64,000 nt of DNA. It comes from Eledone cirrhosa (taxonomy: Eukaryota). The notes beneath the pieces are model-generated. The model was not told the origin of the DNA, did not search any database, and saw only the letters and a program-made list of their open reading frames with translations. A program made the translations under genes and the position numbers. Position 1 is the first letter of the stretch. The number at the start of each line of letters is the position of its first letter. Below are positions 9,513 to 22,681 of this stretch, piece by piece. The stretch is taken from positions 2,790,001 through 2,854,000 of the forward strand of contig OZ024757.1 in the NCBI GenBank assembly GCA_964016885.1, given 5' to 3'.

Positions 9513-12082
9513 ATGACCTCACTCAGAATAAGCAGCATAAATGCGCGTGGCTTGGGGTCGTCATGGAAGCAGGTCCACCTGCTCAACGACCTCAAGTCAC
9601 TAAACATAGATGTAGTGACCATCAGCGAGACCAGAATCTCCGAAGCACGGGCCTTCATACCGATCTTCGGCAGCTACGATGTGTACGCATCTCCCATCCG
9701 TCCTGCAGCGGGGGGAGGTGTTGCTGTGCTTTTTCGGAGAGGTTTGGATCTCGCCATACAGGCCATCTTCCTGGACCCAGAAGGTAAGTTGATGGTGCTG
9801 GACGTGACCAGCGGAGACGGGCAAGCTTTCAGGTTAGTGGCCGTCTATGCCCCGACAGGAGCAGGGCGGCCTGATTTCTTCCGGCGTCTGGAGACCTTTC
9901 TAGGAACATCCCGCTCTTTAGTGTTACTGGGAGCTGGAACGGGATCTTAGATGCACGCTAGGACTGTGTGGGATTAGCGGATAGGGGAGGAGGGTACAAG
10001 AGCCCCACCAACCTGCTCAGGCGTTTTGAACTGTCTGACAGGTACCGATTGGATTTCCCGAATAGGCCAATGTGGACTTGGACAAACCTTATCGGGTCAT
10101 CCAGATCATATCTAGATAGAGTATTTTGTAGGGAAATAGATAGGTCTAGCATAGGCTGTCCACAATTCAAGATAGTCAGCTACACGGACCACAAATTCGT
10201 GATCCGTGTGCTAGACTTAGGCTTCATAGACGAGGACCCGGCTACTGGAAGCTAAACGCGTCCTTACCAACGCGCAAGGCCTACAGAGACCGGATTAGCG
10301 AACTAGTTAAGCGAGCGTTGACGGTGGCCATCGTCAACAACAAGTAGTGGTTTGCTCTGAAAAGAGCGATTAGGATAGAGTCCATTAGGTTTAGTAAGGC
10401 TTTAGCTATAGAGAAAAATAGAGCAGAGGGAGAACTAGTTAGAAAATTAGACGAGGCGCTTAGCAAAGGCATCGCGACCGACGTACTTGCGGCGAAATTG
10501 GCCCGTGACCAATTCTTAAATGCAAAGCACGAAGGCTGCGTTGTCAGAGCCAGGGTGCGTGCTCTCAGAAACGATGGGATGAACGCCGTTCAATGGGCCC
10601 GCGTGGTGGAGGCGCGTCGTGATAACAAAGCCACGATCAGGTCTTTGGTGGACCACGACGGGCGCATGCTACTCGATTCCGGGCAAATGTGTGAAGCTTT
10701 TCAGCGACACTTCGCTCAGCTGTTCGGGGGTAGTGGCGGGCCGAATAGAGGGATGGACTTTAGTGTCTACCTGGACGGACTGCTGCGGTTCTCTAAGAAA
10801 ATACGAAGCGGTACACTAAGAGAATACGAAGCGGTGACAGGAGCAATGATCAACCAGGAAAAGTCAGTGGGCCTGCAGCTCGGCACCTAGAGAGGCAAGT
10901 CTATGCCGTCCAACAGCGTCGTCGGGCGCTGGACGGACGGACCGGTTAAATTGCTAGAGGTCTGGTTCGGTCCGGACCTCCAGACGGACAAAAACTGGGA
11001 CGAGGTGACGAGCAGGGTGGAGAGGAAGCTATCCCCGAAAGGTCGAGCGGAGGTGGCTAACGCGTACATCGCGTCCGTCATCAACTACCGCCTGGTCGTC
11101 GTGCCTTGTCCTAAGCCCCGCCTGACTGCGCTGGAGCGTTTGCTCTTTCGCTTTTTGTGGAAGGGACGCGCTCCGATGGTCAGGCGGTCCATATGCTGTC
11201 AACACCCGCTACGTGGAGGGCTGGACATGCCGTGGCTGATGATGCGCAGACACGCGCTCAGGCTACGACATCTCCACCTCTTCCTCGACGGTGATCAGGT
11301 GTGGTCGCCGTTTGCTAGACGCGTCTTTCCTCAGCTCGTCTCCTTGACGGAGCTGCAGTCCTGGGTCAAGCGAAGACCGAGAGGGAGCGCTTGGAGACTG
11401 GAATTACTTCAGGCGCTCACAGCCCTCGACCAATCGGGAAATGTGATCGGTGGAAACTCCACCTCAGCGTTCTATAGAGGATTAGTGGAGGGGAAGAGCG
11501 ACGACGTACTTGGGGAAACTCTAGGCGTCGATGAAAATCAACTAGCCAATCTCTTCGGAAGAACTTTCGGGCCTGGGCCTATGGACAACTTCCAGAAATC
11601 CCTGGCATGGCAGTGTTACTGAGGAGCTTTGCCAGTTCGGGATAAACTCTACAGGTATGGAGGTGCCGTCAGCCGGGCATGTCCGAGATGCGCGCAAGGC
11701 GACGAAACCGTCCTGCACGCACTCGTCCAATGTCCGAGCATTGCTGACCTGTGGTTTTATTTCGAACACCTGCTGTCGCGTGTAGGACGGATCCAGCTAC
11801 CAGCTGAGTCCATCGTGAGGATTGCCCCGCCCTCTTCCTTTAGCCGGGAAGGGCAGGCAGTTTTTTCTGGCGAAAGAGATAGTCTGGTGGACACGTTTGA
11901 AAGGGCTGAAGACGAGCACTTACCTCTTCGGTGATGCCCTGATTAACTTTTTCAAATTTCATTTGAAAAGGAAAATCAGGGTAGAGAGGGAAGTGCTCTC
12001 TTCCCAGCATTTTGTTGAAAGATGGGTGAGAGAAGCAAGAATGGCCCGAGTGAATGGGCCTCCTCTGAGTATGTGTCTGTAA
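9513..12082 (+). pseudogene. Tx1-A ORF2 (APE endonuclease-RT-zinc finger), RT core deleted
   Basis: MTSLRISSINARGL, YLDRVF, TDHKFV and C-terminal CPRC..H..C. About 826 bp including QGCPLS and YADD are missing at ~10793 relative to copy B. Confidence 0.88.
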
Positions 12083-12346
12083 ATTAAAGGTGGAAAACTG
12101 GGAGAGGGCACTTGCTCTGGTGGTCAGGGTCACCGTGGCTTTTTTAATTGGCTTTCTCGACGATGGCCCTCGGAAGTCTCCCCCCTATTGGGGAATATTT
12201 CCATTGTTCTATTATTACATCCTCTGCTTTTTTTTTTTTTTACACGCAGAAATGCCCATTTGTACCGTCCTGTATTGTCCTGTACTGTCCTTAATGTCTA
12301 CTTTGTGTAAACCCTTGTGGTTAATAAAGAAAGCATTATTATTATT

Positions 12347-12404
12347 GTTCTTTCAGTCTCAGTCATTGATGTTATTTAACTGGAAAGTTTGTTGAAATGA
12401 ATAT
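12347..12404. repeat. 58-bp duplication of the Dong family-2 3' end (probable left TSD of Tx1-C)
   Basis: 57/58 identical to 15902-15959; both copies are preceded by (ATT)n. Confidence 0.8.
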
Positions 12405-15400
12405 GGGCCTGAAATTATCGATAACATCCCTCTTGTTCGGATACTTTCTCAGCAACACCACCGCTCCCCGGCTCACAAAACTGGGAATGCTCCCGTTCTG
12501 CTGCCAGTTGCAGTAGACGTCTGCTAAGAGGTCACCGAACAAGTCTGGCATAAATGCATAAAGCTCGTAGGGCAGACCATCCAAACCTGGCGATTTACCC
12601 CTCGTGCAGTTAACCATCGCTTCCCATATTTCACCGGCTGTTATTAGCTTTTCGCAACACTGTGCTGCGGTCGTCGAGAGCCGAGGCAGTCCGTCGAGGT
12701 ATGCACTGAAGTCCATGCCCCGATCCGCGCCGCCGCTGCTCCCGAAAGTTCAGCAAAGTGCTGCTGAAAAGCAACACGCACCCGTTTTGGTCAGACAAAG
12801 ATCGATTTGTGGCTTTGTTGCCATGTCGCGCCTCTGCCACCCGGGCCCATTGGACGGCTTTTGTCCCCTCGTGTTTCAGAGCACGCGCTCTAGCTCTGAC
12901 AACGCAGCCTTCGTGTTTTGCGTTGAAGAATTGGTCGAGTGCCAATCTCGCCGCAAGCACGTCGGTTGCGATGCCTGTCCTAAACGCCTCTTCTAGCTTT
13001 CTGACTAGCTCTCCCTCTACTCTATTTTCCTCTATCACTACTCCTTTGCTAAACCTAATCGACTCTACTTTAATTGCCCTTTTCAGAGCGAACCACCACC
13101 TGTTGTTGACGGCCGCTCCCGTCAACGCCCGCTTAACTAATACGCTAATCCGGTCTCTGTAGGCTTTGCGCGCCGGGAAAGACGCGTTCATCTTCCAGTA
13201 ACCGGGCCCTTGTCTATGAAGTCTGTCTATGTCGATCTCACAGATCACAAATTTGTGGTCTGTGTAGTCGACTATTTTAAATTGTAGACAACTTATACTA
13301 GCCTTATCTAGTTCCCTGCAGAATAACCTCTAGAGATACAATCTGGATGACCCGATGCGGTTTGTCCCATGTCCACATTGGCACATTCGGGTGATCCAGT
13401 CGATACCTGTCAGACAGTTCAAAACGTCTGAGCAGGTTGGTGAGGCTCTTGCACCCTCCTCCCCTATCCACCAGCCCCACATAATCCCAGCGTGCATCCA
13501 AGATACCGTTCCAGGCGCCCACTAACACTAAAGAGCGGGACGTTCCAAGAAAGTTCTCTAGACGTCTGAAGAAATCTGGCCGTCCTGTCCCTGTCGGGGC
13601 ATAGACGGCTACTAGCCTGAAAGCATTGCCTTCGGTGCCGGTCACGTCTAGCACCACCGACTTACCTTCTGGGTCCAGGAAGATGGTCCGTAAGGCGAGA
13701 TCCAAGCCTCTCTGAAAAAGGACGGCAACCCCTCCCCCCGATATTGGACGGCTGGGAGATGTGTACACATCGTAGCCGCCGAAGATCGGTGCGAAGGCTC
13801 GTGCTTCGGAGATTCTGGTCTCGCTGATGGCCACTATATCTATGTTTAGTGACCTGAGGTCGTTGAGCAGGTGACCCTGCTTCCAAGATGACCTCAGGCC
13901 ACGTGCATTTTTACTGCCTATTCTGAGTACGGCCATGTTGGATGAGAAACGGGGCAAGTGAGAAAGGGTCACTTACCTTGATCGTGTGGTGAAGGGACAG
14001 TAGAACCGTCTCTTTGGCTGGTCATGGGTGTTTCCAAGAGGATGTCAGTGTATATCCTCTTGGTAACCGACCCTCTGAAGTCTCCAACTGCGTTGGGGAA
14101 TTTTTGTTTTAAAAGTGTGTACTGTTCTATTGAGATTTCAATGATGCTTATGTTTGTCGGGAGAGTTCTTGGTGTTGGTGGGGTGTAGTAGTTTTTTCTG
14201 TGATGTCTGTGTGCTGCTTTATATATTGTATGAGTTCTTTATTTGTCATGTTTATGGCTGTGTACTTTTTGGGGGGAGGGGGATTTTATTGCTGTTTTCT
14301 TCTTGTTGCTGTTTGGTGTGTGTGTTTTGTTTTGTTTGCGTTGTTGGTGTTTTTGGTGATGCTGGTGGTGGTGTGGTAGTTGTTGGCGGTGGTGCTTGTG
14401 GTGGTGATGGTGATGGTGGTGGTGTTGCTGAAAGTTTCCTTGCTGCCTTTACCCCTCTTTGTGTGCCTTCGCTTTTGGAGGGCAAAGCTAAGGGTTTTTT
14501 TGTTTTTTGTTTTTTTGTGGCAGACCGTTTGCCACTTCACTCCCGCCTCAAACTCCATGTCGTATCCCGTGTCGTCTGGGAGGGTATGTTCTCCACGGCT
14601 GTTGGTGGTGGTAGTGGAGCCCTCTCCGGCAATTTTGTTGCTGGTGCAGCTACTGCAAATGTAGCTGCTGGTGTTGCCGCCACTGATGCTGCTGCTTTAG
14701 TTGTCCGTGGCCTTGGTACGGGTGCCATGGACGTTGCCCTCCTACTCACCGTGGAAGGGGCTTCTGCGTTTGTTTCCTGCCCTGCTCTTGGTAGCAGCGG
14801 ACCAGGTATTGGAAGGAGAGGGACCTTCTTCTTCGCTGTCTTCTGCGGGCAAAAAGCCCTGAGGTGACCCTTTGACCCACAGAGATAACATTTTGGCCGT
14901 CTTCCTTCTACGCTTATAGGGAGTTGAAGTCCTTCCTCGATGTCTATGATATCGGGGATAGCGTCGATACATTCCTGGTCAGTTTGTATAAGCATTTGCA
15001 TGCCTATACCTGACCAGTTCTCTTCTATTTTCTCTGCTTTCAGCATGGTCGTCCTGTCCTCGATTCCAGCAAGGACAGACGCGGCCAGCCAAGGTATGGG
15101 CACGTCGGGTGGGACCTGGGTCACTTTGACCCTCACAATTTTCTGTCCGCAGTAGGAGGGCACCAAGACTATCTCCTCACACTTTAGGGTTTCCAAAGAG
15201 TAAGACTTCGCTTCTTGGGGGCTGGCAAAAAGTACGTCTACTGTGGCGGTTATCGACTGAGTCCATTGTGCAGATGGTTTCGCCGTCTTCCTTCGAGGAG
15301 GAAGGGCAGGCGGTTTTCCTCTGCCTTTTGGCCATGGCGAAAGAGATCGTGTGGTGGACAAGGGTGAAAGGGTTAAAGACAGATACTTTCCTCTTCGGCG

Positions 15401-15857
15401 AATCCCTAATTAACTTTTTCAAGTGAAACTTGAAGAGGAAAATCAGGGTGGAGAGGTAAGCGCTGCCTTCTAGCAAGTTTGTTGAAAGGTGGGTGAATGT
15501 AGCGAGAATGGTCCGAGTGAACGGGCTCTGAATATACGCTTGTAGTTTTAGTTTGAGAAATGGAAAAATTGAGAGAGGGCGTTTGCCCTGGTGGTCAGGG
15601 TGGCCGTGGTCTTTTGTGTGGTTTTCGCCACAAGTAACCCTCGGAGGTTTCCCCCCTATTGGGGAATTTTTCATTGTTTCAATTTTCATTTTTATTGTTT
15701 ATATATATATATATGTTTCTATGTCGTTTTCTTTTTCTTTTCTTATATAAATAATAAAAATCTTTACACGAACAAAACCCACATCGTACCGTCCTGTACC
15801 GCCCTGTGCCGTCTGTAATGTTTTTCTTGATGTCAGCCCTTGTGGCCAATAAAGAAA

Positions 15858-15859
<2 letters not shown>
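12405..15859. mobile_element. Tx1-clade LINE copy C (divergent subfamily), 5'-inverted
   Basis: 12402-15248 on the minus strand carries the ORF1 C-half (KCYLCGSKGHLRAFC) and ORF2 from ATG 13936 through APE to the RT start (NFRPI). 15247-15859 on the plus strand carries the ORF2 C-terminus (AMAKEIVWWTR) and a 3' UTR ending AATAAAGAAATC(ATT)n. Confidence 0.88.
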
Positions 15860-15889
<30 letters not shown>

Positions 15890-15901
15890 GTTATTATTAT
15901 T
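15860..15901. repeat. (ATT)n tract
   Basis: Direct reading. Confidence 0.97.
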
Positions 15902-18060
15902 GTTCTTTGAGTCTCAGTCATTGATGTTATTTAACTGGAAAGTTTGTTGAAATGAATATCAAGCCACTACCTGCAGCCTCAAATATTCAGGACGTATCGG
16001 AGGGTTCTTGCTGTTCCCAGCAAGCATGCCTTTTGAAGCGTTCCAAAAAGCGTGAATAATTAGCCACAAGGACCGACATGTAGGGGACAATACAAAGACA
16101 GGGACAGTGGGGGTTTACAATAAGGTCGAGTAAAAGTGCACAATGGCAAGACTAATTTAAAGACCAAAAGGCGGGGCGGGGCCAATTTTCTTTAACCATC
16201 CTTGGAAACTCATTGAGATAGTACCTAGTGCGCCTAAGACAATCGGGACCACTTTGACCTCATGGCAGTTCCAAATCCTTTTTACCTCCCACTTTAAGTC
16301 CTGGTATCGGTTAATTTTCTCCCTCTCCTTCTCTTGCATTCTCGTGTCGAATGGGCAGGCTACATCCACAATCAGGCACGATCTTTTTCTCTTGTCCAAA
16401 ACCACCAGGTCAGGTCTATTGTGTTCCAGTTTCTTGTCCGTCTGTATCCTAAAATCCCACAGCACCCTCAGCTGATCGTTTTCCATCACCGACTCTGGCT
16501 TATGCTCATACCACTTCTCAGAATATGGTAAATTGTTTACTTTGCATAGGTGCCAGTGGATCACCCTGCCCATCACATCATGTCTCCAGCCTTTATAGTG
16601 AGTCTGGGCTAGCTGTTTACACTCGGATACAATGTGAGCCACAGTCTCCTCTCTCCACAGATGCTCCACAGTGGGATAGCCTCCTCCTTGTAAATATGGT
16701 GTTTAAGGCACTTCGTTTTGAGGGCCTGCTCTTGCGGAGCCATTAGCATTCCTTCTGTAGCCTTTTTAAGGTCTCCTCTTTTCAACCAGTTCCTTGTCTG
16801 TGGATCTCTAAATTCAGTTTTCTCAAAGAAGGCACTATGAAGGGATTTTTCATGAAGGTTGCTCTTTCTCCTTGTTGGTATTTCCTCCTTGGACATCCCC
16901 TGGTCTATTGTCCTCTCCTTCAGTACAATTCTGAGCATTGGCTCCCTACTATCACTCACGTATTTGTGTAGGTTGTTTTTCTCAATCTGAACACAGTCCT
17001 CTATGCTGATAAGACCTCTTCCACCTTCAGTTCTCCTTAAGTAGAGTCTATCGACATCACTCCTTTTGTGGAACATGTTGTAGATAGTCAATAGCTTCCT
17101 AGTCTTCCTTTCCATTTCTTTTTGTTCAGCAACATTCCATCTCAGAATTCCCGCACTGTACCTAATAATAGACACAGCTCGGGAATTTACTGCACTTATG
17201 GCATTCCTACTGTTCAGATGTGACTTTAGTACGCCCCTTACTCTCCGAATGTATTCAGATCTTATCAGTTCCTTCATATTTTTGTTCTTGATGTCATCAG
17301 CCTCCATAACACCTAAATATTTGTATCCCTCTTCAGCATCAATTTCCTTTATCATCTCACCTGTTGGTACCTGGATTCCGTTGCTTCTGCTCAATTTACC
17401 CCTCTTCATCACAAGGACTCCACACTTAGTAATACCAAATTGCATACATATATCATTGCTGAAAATACGGACAGTGTCAACAAGCACATCCAACTTCCTC
17501 TCACTCTTCCCGAAGAGCTTAAGATCGTCCATGAAGAGGAGGTGATTGATGGTAAGCTCTCCCTTTCCCAACTTGTATCCTGCTCTCACTTTTCGCAGTA
17601 AAATGGTCAGGGGGATTAGGGCAAGGACAAACAACAGAGGGGACAGACTATCTCCCTGGAAGATACCTCTCGTGATCCTCACACCTCCCAATGATTCTCC
17701 AGCTGATGTTAACTCTGTTTTCCAGGACTTCATACTTTTGCTCAACAACTGTCTGATGTTATCTGCCACCTTGAAGATCTCTAGGCTTTTGGTTATCCAA
17801 GAATTAGGTACCATGTCTAATGCCTTTTTGTAGTCTATCCATCCCAAGGCAAGACCAGTGTGTCTCCTCCTGCAATTCCTCATAACATCTTATCAATAAG
17901 TAGCTGGTCTTTTGTACCACGGCATCCTTTCTGTTCGTCCGGTAACAAGTTGTTTATGTGGAGGTGATGGTAGATTTCCTCAGACACAATGCTTGTTAAC
18001 AGTTTCCACATTACGGACAGACATGTGATAGGTCTATAGTTGGCAACATCATTACCCTTG
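15902..18060 (-). mobile_element. R4/Dong family 2 copy D1, 5'-truncated, frameshifted
   Basis: ORFs 16609-17883 (QGDSLSPLLF, LFMDDLK) and 16157-16669 (RHD, RPDLVVLD..DVACP); homologous to D3; stop at 15979. Confidence 0.92.
16055..16163 (-). mobile_element. Short Tx1-like 3' tail inserted into D1
   Basis: Absent from D2 and D3. The minus strand ends CTGTCCC..TGTC..CCTTGTGGCTAATTATT, like the Tx1 tails. Flanked by an imperfect 12-bp repeat CCAAAAAGCGTG/CCAAAAGGCGGG. Confidence 0.6.
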
Positions 18061-18061
18061 G

Positions 18062-18086
18062 TATTATTATTATTATTATTATTATT
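18062..18086. repeat. (ATT)n tract
   Basis: Direct reading. Confidence 0.97.
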
Positions 18087-19012
18087 GTTCTTTGAGTCTC
18101 AGTCATTGATGTTATTTAACTGGAAAGTTTGTTGAAATGAATATCAAGTCACTACCTGCAGCCTCAGATATACAGGACGTATCGGAGGGTTCTTGCTGTT
18201 CCCAGCAAGCATGCCTTTTGAAGTGTTCCAAAAAGTGGGGCGGGACCAATTTTCTTTAACCATCCTTGGAAACTCTTTGAGATAGTACCAATCGGGACCA
18301 CTTTGACCTCATGGCAGTTCCAAATCCTTTTTACCTCCCACTTTAAGTCCTCGTATCGGTTAATTTTCTCCCTCTCCTTCTCTTGCACTGTCGGGCCGAA
18401 TGGGCAGGCTACATCCACAATCAGGCACGATCTTTTTCCCTTGTCCAAAACCACCAGGTCAGGTCTATTGTGTTCCAGTTTCTTGTCCGTCTGTATCCTA
18501 AAATCCCACAGCACCTTCACCTGATCGTTTTCCCTCACCGACTCTGGCTTATGCTCATACCACTTCTCAGAATGTGGTAAATTGTTTACTTTGCATAGGT
18601 GCCAGTGGATCACCCTGCCCATCACATCATGTCTCCAGCCCTTATAGTGAGTCTAGGCTAGGTGTTTACACTCGGATACAATGTGAGCCACAGTCTCCTC
18701 TCTCTCTCCACAGATGCTACATAGTGGGCTAGCCTCCTCCTTGTAAATATGGTGTTTCAGCCACTTCGTTTTGAGGGCCTGCTCTTGCGCAGCCATTAGC
18801 ATTCCTTCTGTAGCCTTTTTAAGGTCTCCTCTTTTCAACCAGTTCCATGTCTGTGGATCTCTGAATTCAGTTTTCTCAAAGAAGGTACCATGAAGGGATT
18901 TTTCATGAAGGCTGCTCTTTCTCCTTGTTGTTATTTCCTCCTTGGACATCCCCTGGTCTATTGTCCTCTCCTTCAGTACAATTCTGAGCATTGGCTCCCT
19001 ACTATCAGTCAC

Positions 19013-19017
<5 letters not shown>
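18087..19017 (-). mobile_element. R4/Dong family 2 copy D2, heavily 5'-truncated (zinc finger and RLE only)
   Basis: ORFs 18653-19012 and 18164-18625; CSICGEREETVAHIVSEC; 5' junction shares TATT with the (ATT)n tract. Confidence 0.92.
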
Positions 19018-19071
<54 letters not shown>

Positions 19072-19083
19072 GTTATTGTTATT
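19014..19083. repeat. (ATT)n tract with GTT variants
   Basis: Direct reading. Confidence 0.97.
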
Positions 19084-22000
19084 CCTTGAATCTCAGTCAT
19101 TGATGTTGGTTAACTGGAAAGTCCGTTGGATTGAATATCAAGCCACTACCTGCAGCCTCAGATATTCAGGACGTATCGGAGGGTTCTTGCCGTTCCAAGC
19201 AAGCATGCCTTTTGAAGCGTTCCAAAAAGCGTGAAGGGGCCGATTTTCTTTAACCATCCCTGGAAACCTTTGGAGATAGTCCCCAGTGCGCCTATGACAA
19301 TCGGGATCACTTTGACTTCATGGCAGTTCCAAATCCTTTTCACCTCCCACTTTAGGTCCTGGTATCGGTTAATTTTCTCCCTCTCCTTCTCTTGCACTCT
19401 CGTGTCGAACGGGCAGGCCACATCCACAATCAGGCACGATCTTTTTTCTTTGTCCACAACCACCAGGTCAGGTCTATTGTGTTCCAGTTTTTTGTCCGTC
19501 TGTATCCTAAAATCCCACAGCACCTTCACCTGACTGTTCTCCATCACCGCCTCTGGCCTATGCTCATACCATTTCTCAGAATGTGGTAGATTGTTTACTT
19601 TGCACAGGTGCCAGTGGATCACCCTGCCCATCACATCGTGTCTCCAGCCCTTATAGTGGGTCTGGGCTAGGTGTTTACACTCGGACACAATGTGAGCCAC
19701 AGTCTCCTCTCTCTCTCTCCACAGATCCAGCACAGTGGGCTAGCCTCCTCCTTGTAGATATGGTGCTTCAACCACTTCGTTTTGAGGGCCTGCTCCTGCG
19801 CAGCCATTAGCATTCCTTCTGTAGCCTTTTTGAGGTCTCCTCTTCTCAACCAGTTCCATGTCTGTGGATCTCTAAATTCAGTTTTCTCAAAGAAGGTACT
19901 ATGAAGGGATTTTCCCTTAAGGCTGCTCTTCCTCCTTGATGTTATTTCCTCCTTGGATATCCCCTGGCCTACTGTCCCCTCCTTCAGTACAGCTCTGAGC
20001 ATTGGCTCCTTACTATAGGTCACGTATTTGTATAGGTTGTTTTTCTCCATCTGAACACAGTCCTCTATGCTGATAAGACCTCTTCCACCCTCAGATCTCC
20101 TTAGGTAGAGTCTATCGACATCACTCCTCTTGTGGAACATGTTGTAGATAGTCAATAGCTTCCTAGTCTTCCTATCCATTTCTTTTTGTTCAGCAACATT
20201 CCATCTCAGAATTCCCGCACTGTACCTAATAATAGACACAGCTCGGGAATTTACTGCGCTTATGGCATTTCTGCTGTTTAGATGTGACTTCAATACGCTC
20301 CTTACTCTCCGAATGTATTCAGTTCTTAACAATTCCTTCATTTTTTTTTTTTTGTTCTTTATGCCATCAGCCTCCAGAACGCCCAAATACTTGTATCCTT
20401 CCTCAGAGTCAATTTCCTTTATCATCTCACCTGTTGGTATCTGGATCCCGTTACTTCTGCTCAACCTACCCCTCCTCATCACAATGACTCCACATTTACC
20501 AATACCAAACTGCATACATATATCACTGCTGAAAATACGGACAGTGTCAACAAGCACATCCAACTCCTTCTCACTTTTCCCGAAGAGCTTAAGATCGTCC
20601 ATGAAGAGGAGGTGATTGATGGTAAGCTCTCCCCTTCCCAACTTGTATCCTGCTCTCACTTTTCGCAGCATAATGGTCAAGGGCATCAGGGCAAGGACAA
20701 ACAACAGAGGGGACAGGCTATCTCCCTGGAAGATACCTCTCTTGATCTTCACGCTTCCCAAGGATACTCCAGTTGATGTCAACTCTGTCTCCCAGGACCC
20801 CATACTCCTGCCCAGCAACTGTCTGATGTTATCTGCCACCCTGAAGATCTCCAGGCTTTTGGTGATCCAGGAATGAGGCACCATGTCAAATGCCTTTCTG
20901 TAGTCTATCCATCCCATGGCAAGATCAGTGTGTCTCCTCCTGCAATTCCCCATTACCATCTTATCAATAAGCAACTGGTCCTTTGTACCACGTGACTTCT
21001 TTCGGCATCCTTTCTGTTCGTCCGGCAACAAGTTGTTTGTGTGGAGGTGATGGTAGATTTCCTCAGACACAATGCTCGTCAACAGTTTCCACATTACGGG
21101 CAGACATGTGATAGGTCTATAGTTGGTAACATCATTACCCTTGATTCGGTCTTTCATTATCAGAACTGTGGTACCTTTTGTCAACCACTCTGGCACCTCA
21201 CCCGACACCAAGCAGTCATTGAACATGGCCGTCAGCTTCGGGTGGAGGGATGTTAAATGTTTAATCCAATACCCCTGCACACCATCTGGGCCTGGTGATT
21301 TCCAGTTGGTTAGTTTTTTGGCTTGCCCCTTAAGAGTTTCAACTGTGATACTCAAATCAGTCTGTTGCTGTGCCTGCTCACCGATCTCCCTCTGTACTGT
21401 CTCAATCCACCCTGCCTGGGCATTGTGTCTAACATCCTGCTCCCATATTCCTCTCCAGAATGTTTTAGCTTGTTCCGCCCCAGGGATCAAGTCGTTGCCT
21501 CTTTCTTTCCCCTCAAGCTGTCCAAACAGCATCTTCTGGTTGTTGTCGAACATGCGGTTCTGTTTATACTGACTGACTCTGTTCTCGTATCGCCTGATTT
21601 TGGCACTCTTTGCTACAATGCGTTGCTTCAATTCCTCTATGATAATATTTAGCCTTTTACTCCTAGTTTTGTATTTTATTTCCAGTCTATTTTTAGTGCC
21701 TATGTTTTTTAGTGTCCCATTCAGTAGTGACTCAAGCTTTCCTATGTCATTTCTCATTTCCCCGATTTGCCCACTCAGTCGCTTCTTCCACCACGGCTCT
21801 GCTCTTTCTTGTCTGTTGTTTCCTCTCGCTTTTATACCAAGTAGTTTCCTCACCGTATTTGCTGTTGCTTTGAGGATATTGTTGCACTGGTGAAGACTCC
21901 TCGCCTCAAGGTATGGGATGACTTTGTTTACCTTAGCTGTTGTTTCTTTTAACTTTTTCCTGTCTACAAATCTTAGGTTCATAGGTCTCCCACTATCATT

Positions 22001-22681
22001 GTTCAACTCATCTACCACTAAATTTAGGATGTCAACCGAATCTTGTCCTAGCCCCTCAGCATTCATCTCCTCAGTGGCCGTATCTCTGTTCCAGGTATTA
22101 TTTATCTCAGTATTCAGATCATTGTCTGCTTCGGGTGGTTCCTCCGTTCTCAGGACCTCCTCACCTTCATTTCCCGCCGGCTCGCTTGTCTGGCATACTA
22201 CACCCGCCATCTCCAAGCCATTCTCTCTGCTCAGTTCCTCCAGTTCCAGCTCGCTTATCCACCCATTAGTTCTTATTACCCGAGCCTGCCCGGCCAATTT
22301 TTGTTCATCTAATTTAAATAAACCAATCTCGTTCCAGATGTTATGCATCCGTCTCCTGTAGCCCCTCTCCTTGGGGTTACTTTTCAGGTAGCATTGCATA
22401 ACAGTTCTATTCAATTCTTTCGTCCAGTTGGTTCTGGCCCCTTTCCTTCTTCTTCTTCCTCCAACATCAGCAGTATTTGGTTGACAGTCAGGTTCCGGCT
22501 GCTGAGCCAGGGGGCACCTGTTGGGTGAGAGTCTGTCACATGACGTTCTAGTCTCCATTTCACCGTTATTCGAACTGTTTATGTTCGATATTTAAACACT
22601 CTTATCGAGGATTGGCGAATGTATGTTTACATAGCCATCTGTGGATCCGCCATCCCACTTGGCCCTTGTGTGGCATTATCA

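Larger units (their letters stand above)
7155..12334 (+). mobile_element. Tx1/L1-clade LINE copy A, 5'-complete, internally deleted
   Basis: Same 5' start GAATGC(C/T)ATGGTTGACGG as copy B; ORF1 and APE-RT ORF2 remnants; 3' end AATAAAGAAAGC(ATT)n. Confidence 0.92.

Noticed and set aside
14537-15361. 274-aa ORF as a novel protein
   Set aside because: A chimera across the Tx1-C inversion junction: antisense ORF2 sequence fused to an ORF1 fragment.
22620-22680. HDV-like ribozyme 3' half in the Dong D3 leader (CCACAC..GG..GGCTAT)
   Set aside because: No 5' partners for P1, P2 or P3 are present, so it cannot be supported by eye.
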